From Ptychomitrium polyphyllum (Eukaryota): a stretch of DNA of 64,000 nucleotides. The DNA lies in the NCBI GenBank assembly GCA_973851085.1, contig OZ316775.1, positions 19,344,001-19,408,000 on the forward strand, in the 5' to 3' direction. The notes below the pieces were generated by a model. The model searched no databases, was not told the DNA's origin, and saw nothing but the letters and a program-made list of their open reading frames with translations. Shown piece by piece: positions 24,788 to 38,262 of this stretch. A program made the translations under genes and the position numbers. Numbering within the stretch: the first letter of the stretch is position 1; each line of letters begins with the position of its first letter.

Positions 24788-27700
24788 GAGGCACTGTCGG
24801 ACTCCCCAATGCATTTCGGGAACCAATATTTGTACTCTCATACGAGACTCCTTTGGTCTGCAATAGAAAACTTCTCTGTTCACGTTTCTTTCCGTTTGAG
24901 CCATCGATCTCCTAGGAGTGCCAAGAGTGAAGGCTTCGAGTACAAGACCACTCACCCAGGAGGCTTGGAACCTAACTTAGTCGTTATACGAGGGTCGAGC
25001 CAAGCTTTGCCTCGTGATAGTTTAGCAAATCATCCGACCTCGCAGTCCGCTTAGATTGAAGACGGGAACCAGTGCTCATCATCGGAGGCATAAGAATGAC
25101 TACTTACGAACCCACAAAAAACCGTTTGACCATTTGGTCTATCTGTAAAACACCCATGCATCGTGACACTCGTCTTGACAATGTCGTTGCCTGACTGTTA
25201 TCAACGGACGATGTTTGCAACTGCTGCGCGTTGCGCCCCTTTCTAATCGAGGATCCATGAGCATGGCATTCCAGATGAGGCGGTTTGCGATGCGGAATTT
25301 CACAGCATCCATTGCAAAGTTTCCATCTAGACACCTGAAGAAAATTTGACAGGGCCGTCCTGCCCCCTTCAGTTTGGTTTCTCTCTGCTGGGCTAGGGGC
25401 CCAGCTCCCGCTCGCCTGGATCGTTGTCCAGGCGGAGTGAAGGCGAATGGAGGCTGATGCGCTCTTTTATAGGGCCACGGTTGGCGTGTCGACCACGCCT
25501 GTCGCCAGAGACAGCTTTCGGGAGTCTGCGTGAACGGTATACCCCACTCTATCATGTTGTAGCTTGATCCGGAAGCTCACGTTCTCAACTCCCTCTCTGC
25601 ACTGGACTTCAATCAGGTTTAGGGGCAGGGTTGGTAGTCCACGCTGCTCATGTGAGTCGTGGTGATCCGCTGAGTCTGCAGGTTCAGTGCAGAGATGGTG
25701 TGCGTAAAAGAGGCATTGAGAGATTCAATGAAGCCTGGATCTGCATTTCAGGGTTCGGGGTTAAGTGCACCACATACCTTCCCAACATCATGACTGTGGC
25801 TGCGGAAGTTGACGTTCTCGTAATGGGGCTGATACAAACTTGGACGACACCTCGTGGCAGTCATGCTCGTTTCTCTGTGACTTCAAGTCGGGTTGGAGAG
25901 TTCCCAACAAAATGGGTTCGTTTAGGGAAACTCTGGTCGTCGACTCATGCTTCGAAGTCATGTCAACTCCTGAGTTCAGTTCTAGAATTCGTTTAGACTG
26001 TTTGCTGGGAATGATTGGGTCACTACCGACTGAGAGGGATGTGTAAATCACAACAACATTTTGGCAACATCTCATGCTGGTCTGAGATTCAGGCGAATCA
26101 TTGCCATCTACTCTCTCTCGTCCATTTCTCAGTCCCCGAGTGATTAATTTCATCTTATTCTGTTCTTTGCAGCCTTTGCTGTACTGAGCCGCAAGAATCA
26201 CTCTGCATTGTTTTGTGTCGCGGTCCATGATCAGCTGCACCGAGATCTTCTTTAACCAAACTATGCCAGACAAGCGAAGGAGTTCATTCCACACCTTACG
26301 TTCCTGTGGATTGCATACAAATACGAGGCAGGGCTTTAAGTCTTTGGTTCCTTTTCGACGTTCAAACAAAGCACACCAACCCTCCACCGCTGGCATTCAC
26401 AAATGTGGGGCTCGTCATACAGTCTCCGGAGTCAAGTCTCACAAAAATTTCATACGCGTGCCTTTCTACATGTTTCTCATGGTCAAATTCTCCTTTAAAT
26501 GACATTTGTTGTCCACTCTGCTAGGTAGTGTGTTGCATGGGTGCACCACAGCATGTAGAGGGTGCATGCTACCACCTCATCTCTTTGCAACTCCTTCATG
26601 CCATATTGTATCCCATGCAATACACCATCTAGTACGATGTGCACAGCCCCAAAAGCAACTTTCGCTTTACACACAGTAGGATTGCAATCCCTCTCGTGTT
26701 TCTGTACATTACCTCACTTAGACTTCGCAATTCCGCTACTCTGACGGCGGGCTTTCCCAGGGCAATAACACAGGAGGGTGAAAATTACCAATTTGATGCG
26801 CTTACTGTAAAAATGGCGTACAGTATAATAGGATAAGTCCGTACCTTGTTTCTAATAAATGAAAACGGAGAACCAATGCATAAGTGCAAAGAATACTACC
26901 AAAAGGGCTCCTCACTCAGTTCCCAAAGGACACGACACAGTCAGAATAAATCCAGCCAACACGATCACTGAAGGTCCAACAGAAATGCGGTTATCTTGGA
27001 GTTTTGGAACTTGACCGAGGCCATCCATTTTCGACCAAGGTTGTGCAAGTGAAGGTGGTAACAGAATCCTCAAGACGGGAAGTAGCTCAGCGCAAGAAAA
27101 TTGATCATTTATACAACAAAATACATTTTGTTAATGAAATATCCATTACACTTGGCACCTTCCTGGGTTCGAATCCTCTGGTGCGCTTACGACCTGCACA
27201 GTGAGAAAGGCACCTCACGTGAGCAATTCCGAAATGTAACACAGAATGATATCAACTCAAACCAACACAAAAGAGCCGAGATATTCTTCAGTGAAACCTC
27301 ACCAGTAACCGTCCTGGCGTCCCTTGAATCCGATCTGGCCCAGAGTGAGCACGATGAACAGGCCCACGTGCCAGGTGATCATCCACAGCCTGCAGGGCAG
27401 AGATACGGGCCACTTCAGTCACAGCTAGCAAATCATCAGAAAACACTAACATGGAACTGCTACCAACAGGTTGAAAGCACAGATAAAACATGGAAACTTA
27501 TTCTAACCGGCCTGCTCTACAGAAATGCCTGCCAGGTACCAGAATGGAGATGTGAGAGCAGGGCCGGTGGGGAAATGAGCCAGCTCGGGACCAATGCTGC
27601 CCAAGAACAGGCCGGTGAGGCTGTTGCCGTTGATGACCGGCAAGCTTGATGGTGCGAGCCAGCCGATGAGGCCGAACCCCACAACAGACAGGTCCTTCCT

Positions 27701-29464
27701 CAACCAGTTCCTCTGGAAGCTGTATCACGAAAACAAAAACAACATTCGGCTCTTCAGCATTTTAGTTTACCCAGTGAAGCGGAGCTCCACCAACCACCCT
27801 CATCAAATCCCACCCTCCAATACCGGAGCTCGAAATCTCAGTTGGCAAAGGACGAGATAACAGAAAACTAACGAGAATCCGATGCCACTGAGCTTCTCTT
27901 TATCTCAAAGGATGTAGAGTAGATGGTTGAGAACGTACCAGGTGACCCGGGACATGGAGACTGGGCGTTCGGTTTGGACCTTCCCACCCACGAAGGCTGC
28001 GACCAAGCATAACCATGTCAAACACGTGGGACACATGCAGGCTTACACAGCTTTCGTTCTGTGACCATAGAATCAATTCAGTAGGAATTCGGCAGCAAAG
28101 TGACCCTCAATGTGGGACTAAGCAGTGACTCGCCCCGACCAATTCGATGCAAATACGGCATGACACGAGGGCGTTACCTGAGGTCAAGTCCACCTTGGAG
28201 GAGGCCCTCCTGGTGGGGAGGGACGAACCCCTAAGCCCTGCAACGACGGGGGTAGCCATAGACACCATGGTTGCGGCCATGTCGACGACTGCATCCAGCA
28301 ACAACAGCACACGCCATCACAATCCACCAATGCCTGCTGCAGCACTCCATGATCGACCCTACCGCAGCTACACAGAAGAAAGGACTGGATTCCACGTCCA
28401 CTCCCTCAATCCACAAAGTGATAGCCTGTCCGGAAGGATGACCCAACGAAGGGCCCTCCGCTGGACCGTCGCATGCACGATGCTCGATGACAATCCACAG
28501 CCACAACCAATCTAGTGCGATCGCAACTATCAACGTCGCCCAATCTCTAGCGCATCCCAGATCCTCCGGGCGCCAGACCGAGATTCAGCTCATTACATGC
28601 AGAGGACACAGGGACGAAGCCACCACCGACATTACCGCGACGGGGCCCCCTACGCAGAAGTGCAGGTGTGCGGGCAGGCAAGAAGCTGCGAGGGAGAGTG
28701 CAGGCACTTACATTGAGGGAGCAGGCGAGCGGCAGGGCGACGTCGGGGGAGAGGCGGGGTGCGCTTGGGGGTGGGGCGGAGCGGGAGTGCGAGGAGATTA
28801 CAAGTATGGTGGGCATTGGGTGGGAGACCCAGGGCGCGAGCTTGGGGAGGAGACCACCACGCTGCCTGATTGGCGTGCTGCCGCTGCCTCTGGATAAGCC
28901 TGGTCCCCAACTCCACCTCCCCCCCCCCCCAAACCCGGCATCCCCCACTCGCGCAGGCGTACGCCAGGCCCGTCGAGGATAACGACGGCTTTGGGCTACG
29001 GCGACAAACCGTCACCGCGCTGCAGACAGATTTGACGTTCGCTGCTGGATGTGGCATGTGGAGTGTACGAAGAGGAGGGTGTGCGGGTAGATATCGTCGG
29101 TTTTGGGTGCGAGGACGGTTTCCGGTGGGCATGGCCTGCAGCGTTTGCTTTGACCTGTCTTTCGGGGACTGGGAGCCGCATTCGGTGGGAGGCTTGAGAC
29201 AGCGCTGGGAGCGAGATGTGTGTCCTAAATGCTACCCTGAGCAGGGTGTTCAGGTTGCCTTCCTCGTGGACATCCACAGACCGGTTACAATCATGGAACG
29301 TCTACACTTGGGCGTGCGAATTCTGTAGAGCGAACGCATTTGGGAACGTGGCATCTACAGACGGGATGCATCTGACTGTCCGTTGAGCAAGTCCGGTTCT
29401 GTATGTACGATCTGCGTTCGCTCGTTCGTTTGTTGGACGCTGAGGAACTGGTCTCGGAGCGGCA
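24641..29464 (-). repeat. Right arm of 4824-bp inverted duplication
   Basis: Reverse complement of 18182-23005; identity ends at ...ggagcggca (29464). Confidence 0.95.
27299..28280 (-). CDS. PSAO: Photosystem I subunit O, copy 2 (mirror of copy 1)
   Basis: ATG at 28280 on the minus strand; ORF 27503-27703 is identical to 19943-20143. Confidence 0.9.
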
Positions 29465-31555
29465 TCTGGAGTATTCATATTTGTGTCGAAATCCTATTGA
29501 CAGAATCAGATCATGTATGGATTATCAGAAATGATGTATATTCAATAAGTATGGTGGACTATAGGTGATTTCACCGTTGAATTCGAGTTTGGTTACACAG
29601 GCATAGTTTTTTCATTCGCTAATTTACTCTGATGGTCTTACAACACAATGTAAGGATGATATGTTTTGCTCTACGTACGATGAATGTGATATCTTGCTTT
29701 TGTTGGAAATGCTCTTTTCAATTACAGATAAATGGGAACGAGTTCAGAGAATTGTTTTTTCCTAAATGTTCTTGACTGTGAAGAATTTATTTGGGCAACA
29801 GCCTGGCATGTTACATGAATGCAAATAGTGGTATGGTCATTACCTAGACATCAAGAGAAGTGAATGCAAGATTTTGACGTATGTTATTAACTGCGTCAAA
29901 TCAACGCTGTCACCACTATTCATTACTAATTTAAATGAAAAGTAAATGAGAAGTACTGAAGTTTCGACGGTCGACTTACCGTGACATTGGCAGTAAATTA
30001 CTGTTATTTAACTTATTTATGTAGCAACGGCAAACTGGGTTTATTCGAGATTGATACGCGCGCGGGGTAACAATTGAATCATGTTAAGCGTAGAGATACC
30101 TTCATCAGCCTGGGTTGTATACTCTCCCCAGTACCTGGCAGGGATAGGAGTGCGCAATGGCACTGACTCGTGTCGGCCCGGTTGCATCACGCTGGTGATG
30201 GTGCCGGACTACAGGACGCTCACCAACTTCCCTTTAATGCTGAGTTGCCACGCACCCTCGTCCAGCTGCATGCAGCTCTAGAGGGGCTGGGATGCACCAT
30301 GCCTGTGCAGTATGCTCGGCCTGCCCTGTCCCAGCTACTTCGTCACCAGCAGCTGGAGAATCTCAAGGAAACGCCGTCGAGGTAACTAGCGGGGTGGACA
30401 CAGGAGCTGGATCACATATTTTATCAACTGTTCAACTCCCGCCATGGCCCACATCAGGAGACGAACTGGACGTTCGCAGAAGGAGGTCTATGTTGGTGGA
30501 GGTGACATCATTTCACAGGCTCGACCATGGCATTATGGTCACATGGACAAGAATCCTGGAGCAGGTTAGAACGTGAGCGATCTTGTATATTTCTCAGTGC
30601 CCGCATGGGTAGCACATCGGTATCGCCTATAAGTATCTGTTGAAGAGCTGGTTTTGAAGAACTGATCTTGTCGGCTCTATATAATCTGTGAAATGCTTTC
30701 ACTACGCACGAGGTGCAGTTGCCAACCTCTGCATCAACATGTATGCGACAGGCTGGGGCAGCGACTTAGAACAGAGGAAAATGCTAGTGGAATCATTCTC
30801 AATTGGTGGCATCGTTGATGGACAGTCCTTTAGATGTTCATTTATTCATGCACTGGAAATATACATTTTAGTTACAGAAATGCGCTGAAATGACCCTGAG
30901 AGTAGGGGCAGTGGATATGTTAGGATTGTAGATGAACATGTTTCGTAAAAGTGGGATTTCGGAACTTCTCACACTAGTTCGATGTGTGAGGTCTGCTCAC
31001 TACGGTCAGTATACCTGAGACATGATTAGGTCATTTCATGCAATCGCATTGAATACAACTCTCCGCATTTCAAGTAAGACACCAGGCTACACACAAGTAC
31101 ACACATTCATGCCAAATTTTCTTGCCTGGGTACGTTCAAATCCACCATAAATCGTCTGCACTTGTTCGCAGTCGTCATCAAGAAAACCTGAACTCCTCTC
31201 GTCACTTATCCTTCACTCTAAAATCTCACCCCACAACAAGGGCCTGGTATTCTCTGAGCCTATTTATTCTATCCTCCAGCACCTAAGACCGCCATTCTTG
31301 AAAACGGGATGACGGTTAGCCCGTTGGCTTCAGCTGAACAGCAACAATGTTGTCTGTCCCAGTTTTATGCCACCAAATGATAGGAAAGTTTTCTATTGTT
31401 CTCGTCTCCCAGTTTTTACATCGCACTGTCTTCTTAGAATAAAACACTAATTTTTGAATCATGGGGTATTTGTAAATGGTCACATAACGATGACCTCATC
31501 ACTTATTTCTTTCAAAAAAAATTATTCTGGTTCTTTCGGACACTGAAGAATTGGT

Positions 31556-31800
31556 TTAGACTTTTCCCATTTGTATACAGGTAGAAGGTAGAGAGCAAGG
31601 AGCCTTGCAATAGAAATTGTAGATAGTCTTCCATCCTGCTTCAGTAGGATGGAATTTGTCCCAAAAGAAGTACTTGCCTTGGTGGCTGAGACTCCACAAA
31701 TGTGTACTGTGGGCTGTTTTGTGAGTCCCCATCGCCACACAGTTTGACATTCTGTAATCCGGATTGGGAATTTGGTAGGAGGCAAGATCAGCCCCTCATC
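31556..31800 (-). pseudogene. GDSL esterase/lipase C-terminal fragment, frameshifted
   Basis: KLCGDGDSQNSPQYTF in one frame, then KYFFWDKFHPTEAGWKTI (block V DxxHP) in another; no upstream GDSL exons recognised. Confidence 0.75.
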
Positions 31801-32379
31801 GGCACCCCAGGTTCCTTGAATTCTTTGTTAATGCCTCTAGGAAAAAAACTAAGCCTAAATTCGTGTAAGAAGCAAAAATGATAATAACAATAAACTTGAC
31901 AAGTTTAATAAATTTCTCTGTTAAAGGAGGTGATGTGAATTGGGATCCCTGCTCATACGAAACTGTTCGTAATCATAGACTACTTTGGTACAAACGTGCA
32001 CAGCAAAAGAGCACCAGTACTGTAACAACATGTTTTGGCTTAAACTGCTGCTCATGGACCGATGAGCAGCTTAGGCTCATCCTCCGAAATTCAATTGAAT
32101 GTGTACGAGGACAACTTCCCCTTAATTGACTACACGAGGGTGCAGAGCCGAAAGCTTGTCCCAATGACAAGGACTCTGAAAATAGATATGAGTCCAACAA
32201 TCCCTCTGAACACCCAACAAGGTATTCATGCTCCAGTAGTATGGTTCTTGTCCTATGGCACGATCTTAAAGTTCGAAGAGAGACGCGTAGATGGCGCATG
32301 GAGATTCTCTACTTGTGATTGTTTCGAGCCAACAAAGACACCACGTGCTTTAATTCTAACTTCAGAACAAAAACACTTA

Positions 32380-33260
32380 CAGAATGGTCCAGTACCACTC
32401 ATAGCCATTCCCCATTCGACCAGGTACTTGAAGAGACCACCATGACAAGATGCCCGCACTCATGTTCATGAAAAAAGAGCAGTTCTTCCTGTCAAATATC
32501 AAAGAGGATTTATGTTCCAGTCTCTCAGACCACACTTTCAATGTGTTCGAACTAAATGCTCGCTCAACATCCCACACCTACATGCCTCAACATTTCCATT
32601 AATACCATTCATTTTCGCAATTATCGACTGCCAGATAACCTAGAAACTATATCCCAGATCCAGCGACTGAACTGCTCCAATCAGCAATGAAACAAAACTT
32701 GAAACACTTCATAGATCATCTCTCGATGAAGCCACCGTACTTGACAAGTCGACACCAACATCCAGTTTCAAACAACAATGTCAGCAACACTGCAAGAAAA
32801 TTCCATTTGAAGTTTCTCCTGAGCTTAAATGAACCTCAAATTCTAAACTAGCAAAGTAATGCTCATCATCTGAATCATGCAATAATCATAAGTTAAGGAT
32901 TCACCTATTTTTTGTCTTCTTTTCTTGGGACAACAAAATCAATCTTAAGAAAGGCGTTGTTCTCATACCTCGCTTGATTCCTAGAAGTCATCATTCCAGT
33001 CGAATTCATGCAATTCAGGCAATGCATTGTCGTTGTCAGAATGTATACAATGTTCTCAAAAGTGTGAATGTAACTCCTGGTGCAGTTCCACAAGGTGCTC
33101 CATGATCACCTTAGCAGTGCAAACATCACAGATTCTCAACGCCATGGCCATGAATCCAAGTTGTGAGAGATCTCTGAAAAAAGCAAAATGCTTTCTAGTA
33201 GCATTAGATCCAACAATTTGGAATCCTTGCTGGGACAACATTCTAGGGCTCAGTTCCAAA
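32380..33260 (-). pseudogene. Possible WD40-like gene relic
   Basis: Exon-like piece ag|VWDVERAF...GILSWWSLQ...|gtaagt and LRICDVCTAKVIME resemble WD-repeat ends; interrupted by stops. Confidence 0.25.
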
Positions 33261-36200
33261 TCCTGGAAGTTGGAACCTTCACAAGACTCTCACCTAAAAG
33301 CAATTAGTCCTAGTTACAGTGAAATTGATTTCCAGTTTGTTTTTGACATAATTAATTCAACTAACTTTTTGATTAACTTCTTTAGCTACTTGAATTTTGA
33401 AACTAGATAATTTTTTAGACACTGATTTTCTTGAAACTTTTTCAAATGAAACTATTGTAATATAAATCCAATCTTTAGAAACACGCCCTGTTGTATTTTC
33501 TGTACAAGGTAAGTAAAGAACTACTCTTAACTCTTGAAACAATTTTCTATTGAAATATGTACTATAATGGAGATTACGTCTTGGATGAAAAAATGGCCCA
33601 GTTTTCGTATTAATCTACAAACTCTCATGTCATTGAACCCACATCCTTCTACCCTTCGCAATACCCGCTCCCTGGTGCCCGTTCGAGCTAACCACCTCGT
33701 AATACCCGCCCTGATGCCCACCCGATGATACCCTTCTTTTGAAAGGCCCAATCCAAGCCAACTTTGAAGTACGAGTTGTACGAGGCATATCGAAAGCAGA
33801 GGACAGATGCCCCGACGGTAAAAAACAGTTGTGTTACCAGCGTAGTTCAACCCTAATTTAGGTGTCTTTGGCATATTCTTTGGCATATCCTTTGGCAAGT
33901 TCGTCGTCATCGTAATAGTAAATTCACATGTAAAAGCTCTACAGTTCTACGTTATTGCAAGACACTCAATAGAAGTTTGATTGAGTTTGTGGTCATAATG
34001 GAAAGCCATGCCAGTACCAAAACAAGTTTCAGGGATAGTAACTTCCTGATGACATCAACAAATTTGCACAAGCTGAGTGACTGCAAAGTAGGTGACTCCA
34101 TAAGTTAGCACATGCTAACCCTCAGCAAACACACTCGTCACACACGCCCACCCCCAATGGAAGCACGCCACGTGTCTTCTAAATGTACGTTGTTGCCTAG
34201 GCTACAGCCCATCCCAGGTGAGCCTACCAGTTGACTCTTTGCCTACTTTGTTTCGGTGGCAAAATACGGTATGAAGCATTCTGATGTTACAATACCACGA
34301 AAAACCATTCTTCCATCTTTTGGACACGGATGAAATCCAAAAGGTTCTTTGTAAAAGTAAAGTAAAGTCACCATTGCTTACATTTTCAATCTCTACATCA
34401 AATTAACAATCATTTCGTGGAATCATCTAGAAAAACAAAAACAAAAACATTTCATGACTTGTTTGGAATTTAATGAAATCTAATTATTATTTTAATGGAT
34501 TTAATAAACTCAGAAAAAATAAATAAGTTTGAGATATAATTATTACATATTGTCAATGGAAATTTAAGTGTACTCTCACAATTTATTTGTTTAAAACATA
34601 ATCAATATTGATTTCATTTTTTCAACTTAAAACTAAACTTAATCAATATTCAAAATTTTAAATTTTTTTATTTAATTGAAAATGGTAAATGTAGAACATT
34701 TACTATTGTATATAAATGCAAAATATTTTTTTACAAAATGCACCTTAATTAATAAAAACTTTGCACTATTATAAATGTAAGAATTTATAGTAGTTGATAA
34801 GAGTGAAAAGATTATAAGTGTATGCAAGAACAATCTTCTATTTTTAAATTTTGCACATTTTACAATACTTATCTTCACTTATACAATTAAATTGCATTTT
34901 GTAACCTAAAAATTTATATTTTTTTGTTTTCTTTGTTTCTCATTAACAATAATATTCACCTTCATTGAAACTTTCATATTCATTAGCATTTAGCCCCTTC
35001 TTTTTGCTTGCAAAAACACTTTATTGTAATTTAGCAAAATTATATGTCCTTTCAAACTTCAAACAACAATTAATTTGACATTTATATATGTCCTTTATTT
35101 ATAGATTATATATACTTTTAGCTTCAACATACCCTTTTTTTGTCTCTATAAATATGCAAATATTTTTTGAACCTTTATAACCAATCATTAAGAAAATTTT
35201 ATTTATGTTTTCTATATTGCCTTTTCTTGATTTTTACTAATTGCAAATAAACCACTTTCACCAATCTTCCATCATTTTGCCTTTGTATAAACTAATTTGA
35301 TATTAAAAAATGCAATATGTTTAAAAAAATTAAACTTTAAAAAACGTAGTATTCAAAAAAACTATTAAATTTTCAAATGATGATTTAAAAATTATTGTTA
35401 TATATAGAATGGTTAGATTGCATATCTTTCATTTAATCAATTGTAATTATAATAATTCAATGAATTGTATTGATTGATTTCATATATTTTAGAATTAATG
35501 ATGAAACTTAGAAATAACATTTAAAATAAGTTTCTACCAACTTTTATTCAAAATGAGAAAAAATGTTTTGTGCATGTAAGATACGCAAGTATCTAGATGT
35601 TTGCAATAATAATGATGAAAGTTCCTAAAAAACAAACAAAACCATATTCCAATTTCTTTTGACAATTTTTGAAAGAAACACTATATTGCAATTATACATT
35701 AAGCATAATCATACACACTTTATTTAAATACCAAATACAAATTTTTCTTTTGGTTTTTCAACATTATCCAGTTTAAAATGAAATAACAAGAATGAAATAA
35801 TTATTAGTGCTTCACTTTTTAAAAATAACATGTCTAGAGAATAGAAATATGTTGGAATATAAAAGTATTTTATCATTGAAGTGTTATATAATTAAACATA
35901 GTTCTCAAAGAGTTTTTGGAAAGTCCGTCAAGTTCCCAAAAATTTCTATAATTTCCGATATAGCGTTCAGAAATAGATGAATGAAACGTAACGTTTTTGT
36001 AAAATTCTTCATTACTTCCAAATGAAATATACTTGCATGTTATCTATGGTGTGATAGAATAGAGATTCGAAGTGTTGTAATATTGTCTATTGGAATTGTA
36101 TAACAGAGGGAGTTTTGAAGTACGAAAAGTTAGTAGCACATCGCTTTCAAAATGGGCCGCAAACCCAAGATTGTCATACTAATCTTTTAATATAGGCCAC

Positions 36201-38262
36201 ACAGTTCAGAAGTAAAAACCAGTGAAATAAGGATGGTCACTTTTTCGGATATGTCAAATATTTTTGTGAAAGCAACAGTCTGTGAAGCACTGAAACGATA
36301 TTCAGCCCCCAGATGAGCCCCCTAGATGGTGGCTGCAGTTTGAGTCGCTATTATTGCACCATTCCTAGATCTAAGTGTGCTCACGGAGGATCTGAAGGCG
36401 TGGGCGCCAAATAGACCTGTGGGCAAATACACCTCAATGGCAGTCCAGCCAAGCAACGGCAGCAGGCCATCTAGGCAGGTGAGGCTTCCAGCGGGTGCTG
36501 CTCATGGCAGCGCGAGGAGTGCGTCCGGCCTGACATGCACCCAACATTGCATCGCACCCGACGCAGCCGTCGCCTCCTCCCCTCACCCACAAGCACACTC
36601 CTAGCTGCTTCGGAAGTGGATGGAGGAAGACCTCACGCAGCCAATAACAATAAAACGTCGGAGTCAACTTTTTATAGTGCTTCTGTAGTCAGCACATTAG
36701 ACCCTGTATGCATTCTCAAAACCGACACACTCACTGTCATGGAAGCCGTGTATACCAAAATCCGTTATCGTCCCTGCAAGCGACACTGTTATTGCCAGTT
36801 TGCTTACCCAAATACGTCAATGTACAAAAAACCGACACGGGAACTGTTTTGGAGTCTTTTTACCCTTAAACCGTCACTCCACCCAAACTCGTCACTCAAT
36901 ATTCGGCAGTTACTGTACCCAATACTGACACACGTTGCAAAGGAGGCCAACACTCAAAATCGACGAGGCGCACACCCTAAAACCTTCATAGTACCCAAAG
37001 CCGACATCAACTACCAGTTTCCTTGATTTGAATCTCTGAAATCAATGACGTCTGTTTGTAGTATTAGCCTAATCTTCCAATTATCTCGCATTGCAGGAGA
37101 TTCAAAATTTCAAAACGCAGAACGATCAACGCAAAAGACCACCATCTTCTACGACTATCCTTGATTTGACCCTCTGACATCTATATATACGTCGCATTTG
37201 TCGTTTCTGTGTACTGTGACGGTTTTCGGTTCCAGAGTTTTGACCTCCTTAAACCCAAGATTTCGCGGGAGTCCAACCTCCTACCTGTACTACTTTGGGT
37301 GCTTTTTTTTCTTTCTGGTTGACCAAAATGCATTGCTTTGCTTCCGATTTCCAAACAAGAGGACAAGGTTTTCATGAATCTTTCGAGGAATGATGCGATC
37401 ATGATGCGGCCGTCGGTATGTTCCCTTATAACTTAGTCCGTTCTTGTTGTTTTGTTGTTATGTACCCAGTTTCCTGAGTTCTTCGGTAGGTGTAGATGTA
37501 ACGACGATGCTGGTGGGTGAAGAGAAAAAGCAAAAGCCAGCGGTAAGCATGCGGGAATTGATGGAGGGACTTAAGAGAACAGAGAGAACAGAGAGAGTGG
37601 TGGGCAGGGTGGAAGGAAGGAGGCGCGAGGTACAACCAGGGATCCGGTAGTACTAAGGGGAGAATACAACCGTGCAGCTTGGAGGGCTCGGAAGATGAGG
37701 AGGACAAAGCAGCAACGGCGAGGGAAATTCGCATTCGAGGAAGGTACACTCGAGCGTGCCGGGCTCGTCACCCACGCAATACAGTGCTGGACTTCCTCCG
37801 GCATAGCACTTGCACCCGACGAGGCTATACTTCTGCGCGGTTCCGCACGCCACCACTTGCGCTTCTGCGCCCCAAAGGTGCCATTATTGCTGCGGAGAAC
37901 ACCAAAGTTGTCTGTGTTTGTGCGCTTGGAGCTTCGAGATGTGGTGGGTTACTGTGCAGGGACGACGCGGGGGTTGTCCTGGGAACTACCGCGGGGCGGG
38001 GCACATCTGGACCACACGCACCCGACCGCACCTCCCCAGTGCCCCGGCTGCAACCCACCATTCATGTCTGCGACTACTTAGGAGGGAGACGGCGGGGCTG
38101 GAGCGCGTTAAGTGAAAGCCAGGATCGCAGGTTGAGGAAGTAGAAGCATTGAGGGGAGCAGGGTTGTGAGAAGGAGAAGTGAGAGTGAGAGGAGACGAGC
38201 AGGATTGGGAAGTGGGTTCGTTGTTTGGATGGTGCGAGTGGTGGGATAGGGCGGCGGGGGTT

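Noticed and set aside
25385..25460. HDV-like ribozyme (cccagctcc...ggcgaatgg)
   Set aside because: Only superficial motif similarity; the P1/P2/P3 nested pseudoknot could not be built.
30081..30890. ARM-like peptide scraps (ARGAVANLCIN; GKLVSVL*SGT)
   Set aside because: Too short, on conflicting strands and broken by stops.
34400..36000. AT-rich island as a defined transposon
   Set aside because: No termini, TSD or recognisable transposase motif found by eye.
37679..38143. SET/post-SET-like motifs (FLRHSTC; VCVCALGASRCGG)
   Set aside because: Spacing and residues do not fit NHSCxPN/CxCxxxxC; GC-rich region upstream of the RING gene.
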